Assembly (NCBI RefSeq): GCF_007126715.1
Contig: NZ_SLAT01000178.1
Origin: Roseinatronobacter sp.
GTDB taxonomy: Bacteria; Pseudomonadota; Alphaproteobacteria; Rhodobacterales; Rhodobacteraceae
Length of the DNA stretch: 50,555 nt
Reading direction: 5' to 3' (one strand)
Shown: positions 46,912-50,555 of the stretch, piece after piece
Numbering within the stretch: the first letter of the stretch is position 1
How the letters are laid out: every line of letters starts with the position of its first letter
Translations under genes and position numbers: made by a program
Notes under the pieces: model-generated
What the model was told of the DNA's origin: nothing
What the model saw: only the letters and a program-made list of their open reading frames with translations
The model's database searches: none

Positions 46912-47898
46912 ATGCCTGATACGCTTTTATTCGCGATGGAGGCCACTTTGAACGGCCTGACGGCGGGCGTGATGTATGCGCTTGTGGCACTTGGGTTTGT
47001 GCTGATCTTCAAGGCCAGCGGCATTTTCAACTTTGCCCAAGGGGTGATGGCCTTGTTCGCCGCGCTTACGCTTGTGGGCTTTCAATCAGGCCAGATTCCG
47101 TTCTCGCATCTGATCAACGCGATGTTCGGCACCCGGTTGCACCATTTCGGCTGGAACATGCCCACGCTGCTGGCGATCCCGGCGACCGTGCTGGTCATGA
47201 TCCTGCTGGCGGTTCTGGTGGAACGCTTCATCCTGAAACATCTGGTCAATCAGGAACCTATCATTCTGTTCATGGCAACCATCGGTCTTGCCTATTTCCT
47301 TGAAGGTGTCGGTGACATCATGTGGGGGGCCGAGGTCAAGGCGTTGGATGTGGGGCTGCCCAAGGGCATGTCGGGCGCGGTTGATGATGTGACTTTCGCG
47401 TGGTTCGGGTATGGCTTCTATATCGACCGGCTGGAGATATGGGCCGCGGGTATTGCTGCACTTCTGGTGGCGGCGCTGACTGTGTTTTCCCAATATACCA
47501 AGCAAGGCCGCGCGCTGCGCGCTGTGGCTGACGACCATCAGGCAGCGCTGTCGGTGGGTATCAGCCTTCGTTTCATCTGGGTTCTGACATGGTCCATTGC
47601 GGGTATCGTGGCGTTGGTTGCCGGGATCATGTGGGGGTCAAAATCGGGGGTGCAATTCTCGCTCTCGCTGATCGCACTCAAGGCGTTGCCGGTGCTTATC
47701 CTTGGTGGTTTCACCTCGATCCCCGGTGCGATTATTGGCGGGCTTATCATCGGGGTTGGCGAGAAACTGTTCGACTTTTTCATGAGCCCCATCATCGGCG
47801 GGGCCACGGAAAACTGGTTTGCCTATATGCTCGCGCTGGTCTTCCTGCTGTTCCGTCCACAAGGCCTTTTTGGCGAACGAATTATCGAGAGGGTCTGA
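46912..47898 (+). CDS. Liv-type ABC permease (LivH-like)
   Basis: YALVALGFVLIFKASGIFNFAQG, GRALRAVA, ILGGFTSIPGA, RPQGLFG. Confidence 0.93.
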   Translation: MPDTLLFAMEATLNGLTAGVMYALVALGFVLIFKASGIFNFAQGVMALFAALTLVGFQSGQIPFSHLINAMFGTRLHHFGWNMPTLLAIPATVLVMILLAVLVERFILKHLVNQEPIILFMATIGLAYFLEGVGDIMWGAEVKALDVGLPKGMSGAVDDVTFAWFGYGFYIDRLEIWAAGIAALLVAALTVFSQYTKQGRALRAVADDHQAALSVGISLRFIWVLTWSIAGIVALVAGIMWGSKSGVQFSLSLIALKALPVLILGGFTSIPGAIIGGLIIGVGEKLFDFFMSPIIGGATENWFAYMLALVFLLFRPQGLFGERIIERV

Positions 47899-47901
47899 GA
47901 C

Positions 47902-48978
47902 ATGCTGTATCGTGAAGCAGGCGATTTCAAGACAAGCTACGTCGCCGACAACCAGACATTTCCGATCAAGTTTGACCGGTATGGCTATTACTTCATCCTT
48001 GGTTTTGCCTTTCTGGTCATGCCGTTCATCATCAATGATTACTGGGCCAATTCTATCGTCGTGCCCTTCCTGATCTACACGATTGCGGCCTTGGGGTTGA
48101 ATATTCTGATCGGCTATTGCGGGCAGCTTTCGCTTGGCACGGGGGCGTTCATGGCCTGCGGCGCCTATGGCAGCTACAAGCTGATGACGGCCTTTCCAGA
48201 GTTGAACATCATTTTCGTGATTATCATTGCAGGGTTTATCACGGCCGCCGTTGGCGTGCTGTTCGGCCTGCCCAGTCTGCGCATCAAGGGCTTCTACCTT
48301 GCCGTGGCAACGCTGGCGGCGCAGTTCTTTCTGATCTGGCTGTTTACGCGCACGGCGTGGTTCTACAACTATTCGCCAACCGGTATGATTTCGGCCCCCA
48401 CACGAGATGTGTTCGGGGTTGCCGTAACCGGACCGCGTGCCAGTGCCGTGTCGATGTATATGATCTGTCTGTGCTTTCTTGTCGTCACAGCCTGGCTAGC
48501 GCGCAATCTGACGCGCGGCTCGCTTGGGCGGCAATGGATGGCGATCCGGGACATGGACATCGCCGCCGAGATTATCGGGGTGAACCCGCTGATGGCCAAG
48601 CTGACCGCTTTCGCCGTGTCCTCTTTCTTTGTCGGAATATCTGGGGCGCTGTTGTTCACGGTCTATCTGGGTGCCGCCGAAGCAGGAGAGGCTTTCGGGA
48701 TCGACAAGTCCTTCCTCGTCCTGTTCATGGTGATCATTGGCGGGCTTGGGTCGATCTTCGGGGCCTTTGCCGGGGCCTTCTTTCTGATCGTCGGGCCCGT
48801 GCTTTTGAAACTTTTGCTGGTCAACGGGCTTGGATGGCCCACGGATCTGGCTGCACATCTGGAAATCATGATTATCGGTGCGCTGATCCTTGTCTTTCTG
48901 ATCGTCGAGCCGCACGGCATCGCGGCTCTCTGGAGAACGATCAAGGAGAAACTGCGACTGTGGCCTTTCCCCTACTAG
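47902..48978 (+). CDS. Liv-type ABC permease (LivM-like)
   Basis: GLNILIGYCGQLSLG, LRIKGFYLAVATL, AIRD, IIGGLGS, EPHGI. Confidence 0.93.
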   Translation: MLYREAGDFKTSYVADNQTFPIKFDRYGYYFILGFAFLVMPFIINDYWANSIVVPFLIYTIAALGLNILIGYCGQLSLGTGAFMACGAYGSYKLMTAFPELNIIFVIIIAGFITAAVGVLFGLPSLRIKGFYLAVATLAAQFFLIWLFTRTAWFYNYSPTGMISAPTRDVFGVAVTGPRASAVSMYMICLCFLVVTAWLARNLTRGSLGRQWMAIRDMDIAAEIIGVNPLMAKLTAFAVSSFFVGISGALLFTVYLGAAEAGEAFGIDKSFLVLFMVIIGGLGSIFGAFAGAFFLIVGPVLLKLLLVNGLGWPTDLAAHLEIMIIGALILVFLIVEPHGIAALWRTIKEKLRLWPFPY

Positions 48979-49024
48979 GGGGCAGGCTGACCTGAGACTT
49001 GTCATTCATATGGGAGGAGAACCG

Positions 49025-50317
49025 ATGAAGATGACCCGACTGGCCGCGACAATTGCGGCAACCATGATTGCAACTGGCCCTGCTTTGGCCGAAACGTTGC
49101 ATTTCCCGTCACTCAGCTACCGCACCGGGCCGTTCGCGGCAGGGGGCATTCCCTTCGCTGACGGGTATTCCGACTACCTTACGCTGATCAACGAGCGTGA
49201 TGGCGGGATAGGCGGTGTGCCCATTCGTCAGACCGAATGTGAAACCGCTTATAACACCGAACGTGGCGTTGAATGCTACCAGTCAATCCGGGGCGATAAC
49301 CCGCTGGTATTGCAGCCGCTGTCGACCGGCATCACCTATCAGTTGATTCCACGCACCATGGAAGATGGCATTCCCATGCACACGATGGGCTATGGGCGCA
49401 CATCAGCCGTGAATGGCGAGGTGTTCAACTGGACCTTCAACTATCCGGCCAACTATTGGGACGGCGCCAGCGTGATCATCAACTACCTGCTGGAAGAGAA
49501 TGAAGGTTCTCTTGAAGGCAAGAAGATCGCGCTCCTCTATCACAATTCGGCCTATGGGCGCGAGCCGATCCCGACCCTGACAAATCTGGCGGAGCGGCAC
49601 GGTTATGAGTTGCTGACCATCGGTGTGGATAGTCCCGGTCAGGAACAGGGCAGCCAATGGTTGCAGATCCGCCGTGAACGGCCAGACTATGTGGTGATGT
49701 GGGGCTGGGGTGTTATGAACCCGACCGCCATTCAGGAAGCCGCCAACATCCGTTTCCCGATGGAGAATTTCATCGGCGTCTGGTGGTCCGGCTCGCAGCA
49801 GGATGTACGGCCTGTAGGCGCGGGTGCGCATGGCTACAAGGCGCTGGCGATGCACGGCACCGGCATGGATTACCCGATCTATGAGGACATGCAGCAATAT
49901 GTCATCGACGCGGGCAAATATGCGGGTACGGGCGATGAAGTCGGCACAGTGCTGTATTCGCGCGGCATGTATGCCGCCATGCTGGCGGTAGAGGCCGCGA
50001 AGAAGGCGCAGGAAATCCACGGTGTTGCAGCGATCACGCCCGCAATGATGCGCGATGGTATGGCAAATCTCGAAATTACCGAGGAATTGATGGCTGAACT
50101 GGGCCTGCCGAATTTCGGCCCTGCCTTTTCGGTCGCATGTGAAAACCACGGCGGTTCCGGTGCGGCGATGATCCAGCAATGGGACGCAGAAGCCGGTGAA
50201 TGGAACCTGATCACCGACTGGATCGAGCCTGATCGTGAAATGATCATGGAAATGGCGATGGAAGACAGCCTCGCCTTCGCAGCCGAGAACAACATGACTC
50301 CGGCCTGCCTGAATTAA
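49025..50317 (+). CDS. Liv-type ABC substrate-binding protein
   Basis: Signal peptide; YRTGPFA, INERDGGIGG, CETAYNTERGVECY, YHNSAYGRE; GGAGG RBS. Confidence 0.93.
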   Translation: MKMTRLAATIAATMIATGPALAETLHFPSLSYRTGPFAAGGIPFADGYSDYLTLINERDGGIGGVPIRQTECETAYNTERGVECYQSIRGDNPLVLQPLSTGITYQLIPRTMEDGIPMHTMGYGRTSAVNGEVFNWTFNYPANYWDGASVIINYLLEENEGSLEGKKIALLYHNSAYGREPIPTLTNLAERHGYELLTIGVDSPGQEQGSQWLQIRRERPDYVVMWGWGVMNPTAIQEAANIRFPMENFIGVWWSGSQQDVRPVGAGAHGYKALAMHGTGMDYPIYEDMQQYVIDAGKYAGTGDEVGTVLYSRGMYAAMLAVEAAKKAQEIHGVAAITPAMMRDGMANLEITEELMAELGLPNFGPAFSVACENHGGSGAAMIQQWDAEAGEWNLITDWIEPDREMIMEMAMEDSLAFAAENNMTPACLN

Positions 50318-50325
50318 GCACAATA

Positions 50326-50354
50326 GTGGTCCCGGGCCTGTATTCCGGGACCAC
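50326..50354. repeat. Intra-operon hairpin after the substrate-binding protein gene
   Basis: GTGGTCCCGG-N9-CCGGGACCAC. Confidence 0.65.
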
Positions 50355-50385
50355 ATCCCCAGCCTGACAGCGAAAGCCTGAACCG

Positions 50386-50555
50386 ATGTTGGACACAAGC
50401 CCCACACAAACGAAGCTTCTTGAAGTCAACAATATAGAAGTGCTGTATAATCACGTTATCCTTGCGCTCAAGGGGGTCAGTCTGGATGTTCCCAAGGGTG
50501 GCATCACAGCGCTTCTGGGGGGCAATGGTGCAGGCAAGTCTACGACGCTCAAGGC
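50386..50555 (+). CDS. Liv-type ABC ATP-binding protein (LivF-like); runs off the window
   Basis: Translated by hand: MLDTSPTQTKLLEVNNIEVLYNHVILALKGVSLDVPKGGITALLGGNGAGKSTTLK. Confidence 0.92.
   Translation, partial: MLDTSPTQTKLLEVNNIEVLYNHVILALKGVSLDVPKGGITALLGGNGAGKSTTLK

Noticed and set aside
1-50555. CRISPR arrays, tRNA/rRNA genes, prophage or integrase genes
   Set aside because: No regularly spaced repeats, cloverleaf signatures or phage/integrase motifs were seen by eye; highly diverged elements could have been missed.

Overview
GC-rich alphaproteobacterial DNA. Gene content and order point to Rhodobacteraceae, and the acidic periplasmic proteins suggest a salt-adapted species (inference). 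(1) 1-12.3 kb is transport and regulation: a partial Ldh_2/ComC-like dehydrogenase with a divergent LysR gene, a polar amino-acid ABC operon with an embedded desuccinylase-family hydrolase and a divergent RpiR gene, an orphan gcvA-like regulator facing small ORFs, and a TRAP dctPQM operon with a MarR-like regulator. (2) About 12.3-24 kb is an accessory block bounded on the left by a decayed IS5/IS903-group element. It holds a minus-strand operon of uncharacterised exported proteins centred on a ~1180-aa Ig-domain metzincin-like protein, then a gene pair encoding an L-amino-acid-ligase-like ATP-grasp enzyme and a 660-aa hypothetical protein with a calpain/papain-like Gln-Cys-His-Asn motif set, then osmC. 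(3) 24-50.5 kb is core-type genes: lldD-like, coxG, GntR, lolD/lolCE, dsbA-like, amidase, PBP1A, prfB, cysK, MscS, YdcH, Usp, a two-component system, and an acyl-CoA ligase plus Liv-type ABC operon. The best candidate for an undescribed system is the ATP-grasp ligase plus cryptic cysteine peptidase pair. No tRNA, rRNA or CRISPR array was seen. All calls come from reading motifs by eye; no database searches were run.
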